Below are positions 50,253-62,669 of a stretch of DNA of 64,000 bases, one piece after another; position 1 is the stretch's first letter; each line of letters opens with the position of its first letter. The notes under the pieces are model-generated. The model did no database searches, was not told where the DNA came from, and saw only the letters and a list, made by a program, of their open reading frames with translations. This stretch comes from Mobula hypostoma (taxonomy: Eukaryota): positions 157,604,001 to 157,668,000 of the forward strand of contig NC_086103.1 in the NCBI RefSeq assembly GCF_963921235.1, given 5' to 3'. The position numbers and the translations under genes are program-made.

Positions 50253-50567
50253 ACGTGTGCCTGCGTGTGTGCGCATCTGTGCATGTGCATCTGCATGTCC
50301 GTGCATGTATCTGTGATGTCTTTTTCAAGGCTTTTACAAGGCGCAGAGCAAGGGGGGGAGAGAGAGAGAGAGACTGTGTGGGCGTGCTACTCCTCACACA
50401 GACATTTTTGCAGTGTTTTCCCTTTATTTTACGAGGTCGAGTTGCGATCCCGACACTCAACCCTGCACGGATGGGAAGCATATTTGGGAGCAGACCCGAC
50501 TAGTTTCGAACCTGGGAACCTCCGCTCCCGGGTCCGGCACCGATGTCGTTGTGCCACCAGCCGGCCC
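50253..50567 (-). mobile_element. tRNA-derived SINE of a second family, with a (CA)-rich tail
   Basis: The minus strand begins GGGCCGGCTGGTGGCACAAC (A box-like) and contains GGTTCGAAAC (B box). It is CpG-rich and has TAATATTT on both flanks. Confidence 0.7.
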
Positions 50568-51064
50568 AATAATATTTCTATTACATCCACTTTTCTTCAT
50601 CTGTGCTTCTAGCAAATCAGACTGAATTGAAACTGAATATTTCTTTGTAAGAAGTCCAATAATCTGGTCTCGGTTCCTTTCTCATGAAGAGTAACAGTGT
50701 GGGTTGTAAGGAAACGTGGTGAATAATTCAAGAAAACGATATTTAAAACTCATCTTTTTTTAATATTTGGAATGTCTGAAGAGAAGCCCTAACTCACTCA
50801 ACCTTTCCTCATGAGACAACAAAATAGTGACATTGTAGAGTTTCTTAAATCGGCACGTGATGTTTTTTTAAATAAAATGGAACACTATGGGCTGCATAGG
50901 AGGGACGAGTGGACTGGTCAGAAAGTAGGTTTCTATAGATAGACACAACATCCAGGTCTGAAGGGTCTAGAGTGTGCTGAACTGTTCTATGTTCTAATGA
51001 TGCACTAGATGGCTTGGGGATCACAGTACAAATTTGACTAATGATACTGTCTCTTTTATCCAAG

Positions 51065-51605
51065 ACAAAAGCAAAAGCGAGGAGGAAGGAGAAGGGCAAA
51101 CTCCAGAACTGTCATTAGAAAACATGACTGAGCAGAAAGCTCCTGAGGAGACGGAAATGGAGGAGAAAGAAGTGGAAGAGGAAAATGGTGAATGGAGGCC
51201 ATCTCCAGAGGAAAATGAGCACTCTACAAACGATCCTGAGAACCTCCCTCCCGAGGAGCAGAAAATCTGTCCGTCCGCAATTGATAAACAGAGCATTTCC
51301 AGAAAGGATGAAGATGCCACTGGACTGGAATCCGTTTCTAATGCAAAGGAACTCTCCACAGAGCAAGAGATGAAACCTGCAGCCAAAGAGCAGCTGCCTC
51401 CCCTGGGGCAAATGGCAGAGGGTGTTGATGAAGTCTGTGGGGCACAGTCAGATGAGGATTATGGGATTAAAGAGATTGAAATGATTAAAAACATTAAAAT
51501 TGAAGACATGAATACCCCAGTGAAGCAAATGATGACACCAAGTAAAGTGAAAAATGGAGGATCATCTGTTAAGTATAATGTGAAAGCAACACCTAAACTG
51601 AAAAG
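51065..51605 (+). CDS. CKAP2: CKAP2 exon 8 (acidic region ending SSVKYNVKATPKLK; 541 nt)
   Basis: Open Glu-rich frame ending in the conserved KYNV..TP motif. Acceptor ccaag| is phase 1 and donor |gtatga is phase 2. Confidence 0.9.
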
Positions 51606-51954
51606 GTATGAAAATGCTTGAATTTTAGCTACTTTTGTTTTATAGAAAATAATTTGCATATTGTATCCTTGTGCATCTTGTCCTATGCAACATGTATAAA
51701 ATGCTGGTGAAACTCATAGTATATCATGTATGGAGGGAAATAACTGGTCAACATTTCAGGCCAAGACCATTTCAATGAGCATTTATTTCCTTCCATAGAT
51801 GCTGCCTGACCTGCTGAGTTCCTTCAGCATATACATCTGTGTCCTGCAGAATCTCTTGTGTTTGTGTATCCTGTACTATAACCGCGATTGCTATTGAGTC
51901 TGTAACTGATTTATGAAGTTTGTTCACTTGGTTTACAAATATTTCCTCCTGCAG

Positions 51955-52198
51955 TGCGAAGAATCCAATTCGTCAGGAAAACAGCAATTCCAAGATCAAA
52001 GATTTGAAGTTTCTGACTCCCGTAAGGCGCTCCCGGCGCATTGAACAAGGATCTTCCCAGCTGCCTCTAATGCTGCAAGACCATGATCCCTGTGTTTTGT
52101 CCTTAGATGATTTGCAACATTTGGGAGATACTTCTACTGCCTATATGTTCAGGATGAATGACGCACTGCAAGAATATACAAACACTTCAATGTACTGA
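51955..52198 (+). CDS. CKAP2: CKAP2 exon 9, terminal (DLKFLTPVRRSRR...; stop TGA at 52196-52198)
   Basis: Signature LKFLTPVRRSRR and ML.DH.PCV.SL motifs, acceptor ctgcag|. The summed CDS is 2403 nt, or 800 aa plus stop. Confidence 0.96.
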
Positions 52199-52675
52199 AG
52201 GTGTTAATAAAAGCAATTCTTAGCAGCATTTGGTTAACATGCAGTTCATTAAGATTCTCACAATTTTCCTATCATTTGTATTCACTAAAGCAGGGTTCTT
52301 TGATAGTATTACACTGCACTAAACATAGAATTATTCCTCCTGCTGTCTCCATTGGAATATAGATTAATTTCTTGATCTCAAATCTACAGTCAACTTTCCC
52401 ACCCCGCTGCCTAGCTCTAAAACCCTGACATCATTTGTGTCATATTTAATGAACACTTTACTAAATAGTTGTGTATATTTGTTGTAGTAACCTCATCATC
52501 CGCCTTTGCAACCCACTCACCAAAAAACTAGCCAGATTTTAATGTTTTTAAATAATACTTTGGCACATGATCTGTAACCTCTTAAACAGTTTTTATTTGC
52601 AATATATAGCAACTTGTGCTTGGAAGCTATTGAACATGGATTCTGGGCATGGGAGGGATGGTGGAGTTAAATTTT

Positions 52676-52711
52676 AATAAAACTTGCCAGAATATATAGG
52701 TATGTAATAAA
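52676..52711 (+). terminator. Candidate CKAP2 polyadenylation signals
   Basis: AATAAA at 52676-52681 and 52706-52711 followed by GT-rich sequence. A further AATAAA lies at 52206-52211. Confidence 0.6.
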
Positions 52712-53729
52712 ACTTGTTAAATTTTAAAATGTTGTTCTAGTTTGTCTTGGTGCTGCTGTTGAGTTGAAGTCAATACTAATTTGAAAAAAAAATGCTACAA
52801 ATATTTTAGAACCCTTTCACCTTATTTTAGCCTTGTCTTGAGAAAATTTAACACTAAATTTTTAAAAAAATTCCAAAATTATATCAAAAATGGTGGATCA
52901 GTTATTTGCTGTCAGTGCTAAACTGTGCATTTCCATTGTTAGAATTTAAATTGTAGGATCTCTTTGGTTGACCTGAAGAAAAGATGAGTATTTTCTCTCG
53001 GACTTGTCATTGAGTACCAGCATCCTCCTTTTTTTCCCTTTAATTTTCCACATAAGGGATGCTTTTAAAATGCAAAACAAAACATAAAGCATTGGACTAT
53101 CTGGCTTTTACCTTCAGTTGTGGCTGAGGCATTGAGGATGATGGAGAGCTGTCGATGCATCACCTGGGGGAGCAGTTCTATTTTTGTATCTAAGTTTTTT
53201 TTTCTTGTAGTAAAACATCATCTTTAATGTCTCCTATAACAATTTTGTACACACTATTCTATAATCTTTCATGTCTTGAGTGCTAATAATTCAAGCATTT
53301 ATTCTTAAATTAGTGTTGTATTTGTCTTGGAATGAAAATGATCATTTGTATTTAATGTTTTGTAACATCTTCATTAAATGACAATTCTGCAACACTCTTG
53401 TGTGATGCATTTTCTTTGAGTATTGTTTATTGTTATCAACTGAACTTGCCACCCTGAGTAAAGTACTTGGCTATACTCCTTCCTCCCCAAAATGGCAATT
53501 TAAGTATCCAGTGGGGTCAGAATAAATGTGGCCCAGAAAGGTTTTCTGCTGTAGTCGGCTTTCACCAGGATCAGTTTGACTATATTTCTTCAGTTAATTG
53601 GTTAGATCAAATTCTACTTGATTGGGTTTTCTCTTGTGACAATAATAGATGGAGCAGAGTTTATGACCTTTTACATTAGTGCTATTATAGCACAATTCCC
53701 TTATCCAAACACTTTGAGAATAACTCCCA

Positions 53730-53960
53730 TTAATCTGCAGGAACTCAGGAGGACAGGCAGCATCTATGGAGGGAAGTGGGCAGTCAACATTATGGATCAA
53801 GACTCTTCATCAGTACAGATGAAGGGTTTTGACACAAAATGCTGACTGTCCACTTCCACTTCCTTCCACTTATGCTGTCTGACCTGCTGAGTTCCACCAG
53901 TATTATGCATGCATGCAGCTGAGTGTTTATGCATGTCAGATTCCATATATCTTCAGTCTC
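53730..53960. mobile_element. Old Penelope-derived fold-back with two head-to-head degenerate hammerhead motifs
   Basis: The arms are reverse complements around CTTCATCAG-TAC-AGATGAAGG (about 53805-53825). Confidence 0.7.
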
Positions 53961-54808
53961 TTATTTCCACTTGGAGAGCATGTTTATTCTGGACTTTGCT
54001 GAAGTAGCCATCAAACTGTCCACCTGCCCCATGCAGTGATGCACCATTTCATAGCCTGAATGTGCAAGCACAGTCCATCCCTTCTGGAATATTGCACCAA
54101 CGCTAAGAAATCTGACACTTTTTTTGCTGAAGTAAAGATGATGTGGGGGGGGGGGTGAAGAATCTCATCAGTTTAGACAACATCAGTGGAGAAAGCAAGA
54201 GCCAATGATTGAGGTCAAACACAGTTTGTCAGAATTCACAATACACAGGGGCAGGCAATTACAAAAATAAGTGTTTCATGCATTTTAGTTTGTATTTCCA
54301 GCATCTGCAATTCTTTTGTTAACTTTAACCTTTGCTGCAGTGTCAACTGTTTTCAGATACTTTCCTATTTATTGTTTTCAAATTAAGGATGGGGGTATGT
54401 GGATGATAGGACCAGCAGGAAACTGGCATCAACTGCAAGTCCAGAATATTGTCTCAAAGTCTTTCCATACCTTCTCAGGGTATCAACAATAGGACATTGA
54501 TTTAAAGAGAGAATGGGATTTGAAGGAAAAGTGTTCTTTTTACAAATAATGGTTAATGTCTGAAAGTCATTGCAATGTATTTAAGAAACACTTAGACGGA
54601 CCCTGAAATTGGCAAGGCATAGAAAGATGCAGTCCTGGTCCAGGTGAATGGGATGATTGTCGAAGGGTAGGGGGATCGACAAGGTTGTGGTGAACTGAAG
54701 GGCTATTTTCTGTGCTGTGCAACTTTGGCCTGGTTCGAGGAAGCTATTTGTAGCAACTCCTATCAATTCCCTTGCTACTGTTCTGGAAATAGAAACCAAT
54801 TTGTAATT

Positions 54809-54900
54809 ACAAACAAGAGTCCTGATGAAAGGTGTAGGCCCAAACCTTGATCGTTTACTCTTTTCCATCTGGCCAGCTGAGTTCACATTGTATATGTATT
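54809..54900 (+). mobile_element. 92-bp Penelope-derived insert with a degenerate hammerhead motif
   Basis: AGTCCTGATGAAAGG...CCCAAAC, flanked by a perfect 14-bp TSD ACCAATTTGTAATT at 54795-54808 and 54901-54914. Confidence 0.75.
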
Positions 54901-55239
54901 ACCAATTTGTAATTGTAATTCTTCCAATCACTGCTTTAAAACCTCTTGACTTTCCATTATCACAGTGGTTTTATTACAAAGTAGTTGCTTATTCACTATT
55001 GGCAAATACCCACATCACTGCTTCTTGAGTGCTATATCCACCAAAACTCCCCTTGGCTCAACTTCTCCATGACTAAACATTCCAGGTAGAAGATAATTTG
55101 ACATCAGCCATCTGTCAAAGGAGAGGAATCAACCCCATAGCTGATTACAATTGTTGTAATCCTCTGTAATATGTAATGTGAAATACTATGCAATTGAATC
55201 CTCAGCAGAGGGGGGTGACTATTTCAACCTCATCACCTA

Positions 55240-57056
55240 CATACAAAGCATCCTAGTCCATATATCCCAGTTAAGAGCCCATGGTACTGCAGGAAGGATA
55301 GCACAGATAGAGTACTGGCTGATTGACAAGAGGCAAGGAGAGGAAATAAAGGGAGCCTTGTCTGGCTGGCTGCCGGTGACTAGTGGTGTTCCACAGGGGT
55401 CTATGTTGGGACAGCTTTTTACGTTAGAGGTCAATTATTTGAATAACGGATTTGATGGTTTTGTGGCCAAGTCTGCAGATGGTATGAAGATAGGTGGAAG
55501 GGCAGGTAGCTTTGAGGAAGCAAGGGGGCTATGGAAGGGCTTAGATTAGGAGAACAGGCAAAGAAGTGGCAGATGGCATACAGTGTTGGGAAGTGTATGG
55601 TCATTCACTTTGGTAGAAGGAGTATTTTCCAAATGGAGCGAAAGTTTAAAAATCTCAGTTGCATGGGGACTTGAGGGTCCTCATGCAGGATTCCCTACAG
55701 GTTAATTTGCAGGTTGAGTTGGTGATGAGGAAGGTAAATATGATGTCAGCATTCATTCCAAGAGAATTAGAATATAAAAGTAAGGAGGTAATGTTGAGAC
55801 TTTATAAAGCACTGGTGAGGCCTCACTTACTGTATTGTGAGCAGTTCTTATTTAAGAAAGGATGTACTGACATTGGAGAGGGTTCAAAGGAGGTTCATGA
55901 AAATAATTCTGGGACTGAAAGGCTTATCATGTGAGGAGCGTTTGATGGCTTCTGGCCTGTACTCAATGGAATGCAGAGGGATGAGGGGGGAATCTCATTG
56001 AAACTTAATGAATGTTGAAAGAACTCCATAGAATGGATGCAGAGGGTATGTTTCTTAGGGTGGGGGAATCTAAGTCCAGAGTACACAACCTCAGAAATAC
56101 AGGGACACCCATTTAGAATGGAGATGAGGAGGAATTTCTTTAACCAGAGGGTGGTGAATCTGTGGAATTCATTGCCATATGTGGCTGTGGAGGCCAGGTC
56201 ATTGGGTATATTTAGGGCAAAGGTTGATAGATTCTTGATTAGTCAGGGCATGAAAGGATACGGGGAGAAGGCAGGAGACTGAGGCTGGGAGGGAAATGGA
56301 TTAGCCATTACGAAACGGCAGAGCAGACTCGATGGGTCAATAGCCTAATTCTGCTCCTACATCTTATGGTCTATTTGCTTTCTTTTTTGACTAGATTTTG
56401 AACTAATTTTAATTATCTCCCCTCTTGAACCCTGAAATGACATTTCTACTGTTAACTGCTTGCTTGTTATAACTAATTTTCTCTCTCAATGATATAATTG
56501 AGATTGCTGTTGTGGATTTTGACTCACTTCTGGCTTTGGTAATAAGTATCTTTACTTATGAGAATAATTCCAGGAATGAAAGGGTTACTGTATGAGGAAC
56601 GTCTGGCAGCTCTTGGGCTATATTCCTTGGAATTCAGGAGAATGGGGTGGGGGGGGATCTCATAGAAACATTCTGAGTGTTAAAAGGCCTGAACAGATTA
56701 GATATGGCAAGGTTATTTCCCATGGTAGGGGATTCTAAGACAAAAGGGCACAACTTCAGGATTGAAGGATGTCCTTTTAGAAATGAGATGCAGAGAAATT
56801 ACTTTAGTCAGAGGGTGGTAAATCTGTGGAATTTGTTGTCATGAGCGGCTGTGGAGGCCAAGTCATTGGGTGTATTCAAGGCAGAGATAGATAGGTTCTT
56901 GATTAGCCAGGACATCAAAGGGTATGGGGTGAAGGCAGGGGAGTGGGGATGACTGGAAGAATCATCCCCATGATTGGATCAGCCCATGATTGAATGGCGG
57001 AGCAGATTCGATGGGCTGAATGGCCTACTTCTGCTCCCATACCTTATGGTCTTATA
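55240..57056 (+). mobile_element. Two CR1 3' fragments (about 55240-56372 and about 56555-57056)
   Basis: VTSGVPQGSMLG, LYKALVRPHL and RRNFFNQRVVNLWNSLP remnants, each ending in the CR1 tail CTTATGGTCT. Confidence 0.85.
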
Positions 57057-58039
57057 GTTTCACCCACAGGAGCCTACTCCGCTTGCTGCTTGGATCAGAA
57101 TCTCAACAATTTGGTACTGGCCGTTTCAGCTCTGCGATCTTCCGTTCACCCCCCTTTTTTCAGCAATTTAAGACCAGAGTTGAATGGGTCGAATTGCCAA
57201 CTCATGGCAGAGATAATCAATAGCATGTTCATGGAGTCAAGCGGTACAGACTCGGGTCTTTTACCTAACTATCAATATTATCAAATGCCCGTCCAGTGTG
57301 ACACAGCAGATGGTGTTCCAGTGACACAGATGCAATCCTGACCTCAGGTGCTGATGTAGGAATGTTACAGGTACCCCCTGTGACTGCGTCCATTTCCCCA
57401 AGAGCTGTAGTTTCTTCTCGCATCTCAAAGACATTCTGTGCGGTGATTTCATTGGCCGATGTGAATTGTCCGCAGTACAGTACAGGTAAGTGACATAAGA
57501 ATTCGTGGCCGTGGATCGTTGTGATTGATAAGCTGAAGACAGATCAGCTTTCCAGGGAATTAAGTGGTGGAATGGGGCCGAACGAGCAACAAATGCCTAT
57601 CTGCTTAACCGAGCTGATCGGACTACATAGTAAACGCAACAATTACCGAGAAGAAAATGAACATTACAAAGTAATTCATGCTCGCATCAGCCCGAAAGAG
57701 AAGGAAAACTGGGCCGAGGAAGGTGGAGCTTTAGAAATTTGAATTTAAGCAGTGGAGAAAAAATGGGCCCTACACTTGCAATGAATAACTTTAGGTGGTA
57801 GAGGATCTGAGTGGCAAAGGAAACTCAGACTTGAATGAAGGCTTCACCAACTTTCTACGTTTGTGCATGTCGCTTCCAGCAGCTTCATTCCATTTCAATG
57901 TGAAACGGGTAGTGAGATGCTGTTTTTACAAAACTGACAGCTCAGTTGCGCAGAATGGTCCGAAGCTTTTGCCTGTTTTAGTTTAACACTGCATCTGCTC
58001 GTTGGCTGAAAACCGTTGCACTATCTGGCGACAAATAAC

Positions 58040-58420
58040 GACCAAAAACCGATACACAGAGAGGGAAGTCTGATCGTAACAGACAGAACACAATTTCCGG
58101 GTACCCCAGCCACGTGATGATGGGACCGCCCGCTCCGACCTCAAATGCCGCTTATTTCCGGCCCTTGAAGTTGGTACGGGTGGAGTAAGAGCGGTTTGAC
58201 TGTTTTATTTGTATTTGATTGGTTAGTTTACAGTATTTAGCGGGCAGCGGGGGAAGAGTGGGGTCCTAGGTTTCAGTGAAGTCCCTTTGTTTCATTGTAT
58301 GAGATCGTGGGCAGCGCCAGGACCTGCTGGTAGAAATTAACGCCTCCGGGCGTTTATATCCACCCTGGATAGACGGGAAAGGTGGAGACGGCAAACGCCG
58401 GCTGCCCTGTTATCAGCCTA
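58040..58420 (+). promoter_or_regulatory. Probable NEK3 promoter and non-coding first exon (CpG-rich)
   Basis: Non-repeat CpG-rich patch about 3.3 kb upstream of the NEK3 ATG exon, which has its own acceptor. Contains ETS-like TTCCGG (twice), E-box CACGTG, GC box CCGCCC and a possible donor TTG|gtacgg near 58173. Confidence 0.55.
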
Positions 58421-59480
58421 GTTCTGATTCCAAAAGTACTATGTAGGAAAGTTTATGGATTTTTTGATTGTCATTTTCCATCCCCTCTTATACTAGAAAA
58501 GTTTACATCCTGTCCTTAACAAAAATATCCTCTCATAGATTTTCCAGTGCTGACTACTGACTGGGTCATACCAACCTGTTGGGTTTAACACTGTTATAGG
58601 TACTACCAAATTACATCACCGTTTTGGTACTGAAAGGATTTGTTTGCATATTAACCGGCACCACTGCGCCCTCACTCTGACACCTTTAGCATTATGTGCC
58701 TTTGCTGCCGCTCGGAGTGGTGAAGTCTGAAATAGTTTATTTGGACGCTAAAGCCTCGGCCTTCATACCAGCTCTCCTTTAAGTCTAGTTCAGGCATTCA
58801 GGTACACAATTAGTCCTGGGTGAGGGAGCAGCGGCCTTTTAAGGTGTGTCTATTTCCCCTTACAGCTGTTCTAATATTACGTCTGCAATTATTGTCGTTT
58901 TAGTACCAAGCTGTCTCACAATTTATCAATTGACCTGCAGAGAATTCGGGGTTACACAGGTATCAAACCGAATTTATTGAGGGGGAAACCCCTTCTCCTC
59001 GCAAAGAGGCGGGGCATTAACAAACGAGGTGCTGGGAAAAGTATGGTTACACCACATGGAGGAAGCTTTCTGCTTGAATGAACTTTGTCACTGGGAGCCG
59101 AAAAGTGCATTTTAATCCTGCCCTCAGCTTTGTATTCAGGTAGCAACTTAAATGTGTACCAAATATTTGTGATCATTAGATATGATTTTAGAAGTTTGGC
59201 TGTTAATGTTGAAAATGTGGCAGCCAGTTTATGTACTGGAAGGTTGTTGTTGCAGGAATCTGGTTCAAGAAATGTGCTGCAGGCGATGTTCGTGAGGGAG
59301 GAACGCTGTCGTAGGGAACTTCTTTTCATGGTGATTCAGAATCATGCATTGGCCAGAGAAGTCAGAATGGGCTTTAGCTATCTGTTCATACAAAAGCATC
59401 ATCACTTTTCCCTTTGTTTTGCAATGAAATTTCAAGCCTCTCTCATTCAACATGCTGAGTACACTTCAGCTCATAATCTT

Positions 59481-59940
59481 TAGAAACCATAGAAAAACTA
59501 CAGCACAGAAACAGGCCTTTTGGCCCTTCTTGGCTGTGCCGAACCATTTTCTGCCTAGTCCCACTGACCTGCACACGGACCATATCCCTCCATACACCTC
59601 CCATCCCTGTATCTGTCCAATTTATTCTTAAATGTTAAAAAAGAACCTGCATTTACCACCTCGTCTGGCAGCTCATTCCATACTCTCACCACTCTCTGTG
59701 TGAAGAAACCGCCCCTAATGTTCCCTTTAAACTTTCCCCCCCTCACCCTTAACCCATGTCCTCTGGTTTTTTTCTCCCCTTGCCTCAGTGGAAAAAGCCT
59801 GCTTGCATTCACTCTATCTATACCCATCATAATTTTATATACCTCTATCAAATCTCCCCTCACTCTTCTGCGCTCCAGGGAATAAAGTCCTAACCTATTC
59901 AACCTTTCTCTGTAACTGAGTTTCTCAAGTCCTGGCAACA
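59481..59940 (-). mobile_element. Young 5'-truncated CR1 LINE
   Basis: Uninterrupted RT C-terminus (ORF 59555-59944: LGLYSLERRRVRGDLIEVYKI) plus the 3' tail. Confidence 0.9.
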
Positions 59941-60378
59941 ACATTATGTAACATTGAAGTTCAATTGGAGTTAAGTTTAAACCTGTAAGGAAAAGAAAAA
60001 CAGGACTTACTGTAAATGCCCAATTATATTATAATATTAACTGAAAATAAAAATCCACCATTCCCACAGTAATTTGAGACTTCTGGATTCTTCCAAGGTT
60101 CCTGTGAGAGAGACAATGAATTCCCTGGCATGCTGGTAAATGAGAAATTTTCATCGATGCCCATTTTGTTCCATGGTATTTCACGTACTGGTTCACCACT
60201 TTCAATGCTGGAGAAGTGACAATACAGTTTAAAAGTAAAGCAAGTATCTATCTGTAGTGGAGGAGATCAAAGTTGTTCCCCTTATGTCACAGAACAGCCA
60301 GTTGTATGCTGGTACGGCCCCTCAGAACTTACACTTATGGAGGAACTTCAATAAAGTGATCACTTGATTTGTTATCTC

Positions 60379-60905
60379 CATAAGATATAGGAGCAGAATT
60401 AGGCCACTTGGCCCATCGAGTCTGCTCTGCCATTTCATCATGGCAGATCCATTTTTCATCCCAGCCCCAATCTCCTGCCTTCTCCCCGTATCCCTTCTTG
60501 CCTTGACCAATCAAGAATCTTATCAACCTCTGCCTTAAATATTTGTAAAGGCTTGACCTCCACAGCTGCCTGTGGCAATGAATTCCACAGATTAACCACA
60601 CGAAATTCCTCCTCATTTCCATGCTAAAAGGCTGCCCCTCTATTTTGGGGTTGTGTCCTCTGGTCTTAGACTCTCCCACCATAGGAAACATCCTCTCCAC
60701 ATCCACTCTATCAAGATTTTTCATCATTTGATAGTTTTCGATGAAGTCACTCCTCATTCCTCTGAATTCTAGTGAATACAGGCCCAGAGCCGTCAAACAC
60801 TCTTCATGTGACAAGCCGTTCAATCCTGGAATCATTTTTGTGAACCTCCTTTGAACACATCCTTTCTAAGATAAGGGGTCCACAACTGCTCTCAATACTC
60901 CAAGC
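60379..60905 (-). mobile_element. CR1 3' fragment
   Basis: ORF 60335-60835 (LGLYSLEFRGMRSD) and a CR1 tail. Confidence 0.85.
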
Positions 60906-61555
60906 AAGCAGAAGGCTACCTCTGATAGCCTTCTGCAACTGTCGCCCATCTACTTCAAGTTTCTACGTGTTGTGCATTCAGAGGTGCTCTTCCAGTGTTG
61001 TAGCGTGTGGTTATTTGAGTTATTGTCGCCTTCTTGTCAGCTTGAACCAATCTGGACTTCCTCCTCTGACCTCTTACTAAAAAGGTATTTTTGCCCACAG
61101 AACTGCTACTCACTGGATTTTTTTTCACACCATTCTCTCTCATCTCTAGAGACTATTGTGCCTAAAAATCCCAGGAGACCAGCAGTTTCTGAGATACTCA
61201 AACTATTCCGTATGGCACCTACAATCATTGCACGGTTAGTCACTTGGATCACATTTCTTCCCCATTCTGTTGTTTGATCTGAACAACAACTAAACCTCTT
61301 GACCACGTCTGCATGCTTTTATGCATTGAGTTGCTGTTACGTGTTTGGCTGATTAGATATGTGCATTAATGAGCAGGTGTACCTAATATAGTGGCCACTG
61401 AGTGTAGTTAGATCTATGAGGAATGAATAATTTTCATACATATAATGATTGTTCAATAATTGGACTTATAGAATGACTTATAAAGATTTTACTATCATGC
61501 ACGGTGGTTACCCCGTTAAAATAAAAATGCAATTTTTTTTCCAGACAGATGATTA

Positions 61556-61675
61556 ATGATGGACCGTTACAAGGTACTGAAAGTTATTGGGGAAGGTTCA
61601 TTTGGCAGAGCTCTTTTGGTCCAAGCTCGTAATGAAAATCATCAATACGTGATGAAAGAAATTCATCTTTCAAAG
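61556..61675 (+). CDS. NEK3: NEK3 first coding exon ((M)[39 protein letters not shown])
   Basis: NIMA-kinase subdomains I-II; [13 protein letters not shown] is NEK3-like. Acceptor ttccag| at 61544, donor |gtaaag. The start is ATG 61556 or 61559. Adjacency to CKAP2 and VPS36 fits known synteny. Confidence 0.9.
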
Positions 61676-62545
61676 GTAAAGGTGATGTGAGATTATACTT
61701 AACTCGTTGTTGTGGATATTTGATTAAATTCCCTCTTTATGGTCCTTCCTATTCATCCATGGAATAACGATGCAAAACAACACTGGATTAAGAGCTAAGT
61801 AAAATGGATGATAAAATGCCGCCATATTGATGTGGCATCAGACGTGTTAAGAGACCAAAGTAATCTCCAGTACTGTGCCATCAGCCCTTATTGACAGCAT
61901 TTCCTATTGTTGACAGTCTGCTGTAGGAAACAAATGAAATTAATTAAATTAGAGCTGGAGTTCCCAACTTGGAGTCCATGGATCCTAGGGGTCTATGGCA
62001 TAAGAAGGCTTGGGAACCCCTGAGCTAAAGCCTGGAAATCCGAAATAAAACCAGAAAATACACCACATACTCAACAGGTCAGGCAGCTTCTGTGGAAGGA
62101 GAAACAATTAATATATTAATACCTCACAGAGGCTCTTTGACTTGAAATGTGTAAGCAACATGGCACGGCAAGTGCAACTGACTGGGTTAGAGATTAATAT
62201 GTTGTCTGGTCGCATGGAGTTGATGCAAATGCAGTAAATGAAAACCTCCACTGGAGATACTGGAAATCTCAACAAAACAGACAACGTTAGAAAAACGCAG
62301 CCGCTATCAGTGGATAGAGAAACAAAATTGGTATTTCAGGGCAAAGACCATTTGTTAGAACACTCAAAGTTCAAAGTAAATTTCTTATCAAAGTGTGTGT
62401 ACTTCACCGTATACTACCTTGAGGCATTTACGAGAAAATAAAGAAGCACAATAGAATTTTTGAAAACTATAAATAACAAAGACTGACACACAACCAATGT
62501 GCAAAAGAAGAATAGTCCTTTTAAGATGGTTTCTGGTTAAGATGG

Positions 62546-62669
62546 AAGCGAAAATCTGCAGATGCTGGAAATCCAAGCAACACTCAGAAAATGCTGGAGG
62601 AACTTTGTTTAATCATTTCCATAGATGCTGCCTGGCCTGCTGAGTTCCTCCAGCATTTACTGTGAGTTA
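62546..62669. mobile_element. Mini Penelope-derived fold-back insert
   Basis: Inverted arms (AAATGCTGGAGGAACT / AGTTCCTCCAGCATTT). TSD TCTGGTTAA(G/A)ATGG at 62532-62545 and 62670-62683. Confidence 0.75.

Noticed and set aside
33458-52198. Calling the gene CKAP2L instead of CKAP2
   Set aside because: The TLSQSF, KPVLGSFRGKIV, SLWTT and GCP motifs and the position between VPS36 and NEK3 fit CKAP2.
58952-60335. Possible antisense gene in NEK3 intron 1 (ORFs of 125-132 aa and several minus-strand splice-like signals)
   Set aside because: There is no recognisable protein, the implied intron would be only 28 nt, and a CR1 interrupts the region. It cannot be supported without transcript data.
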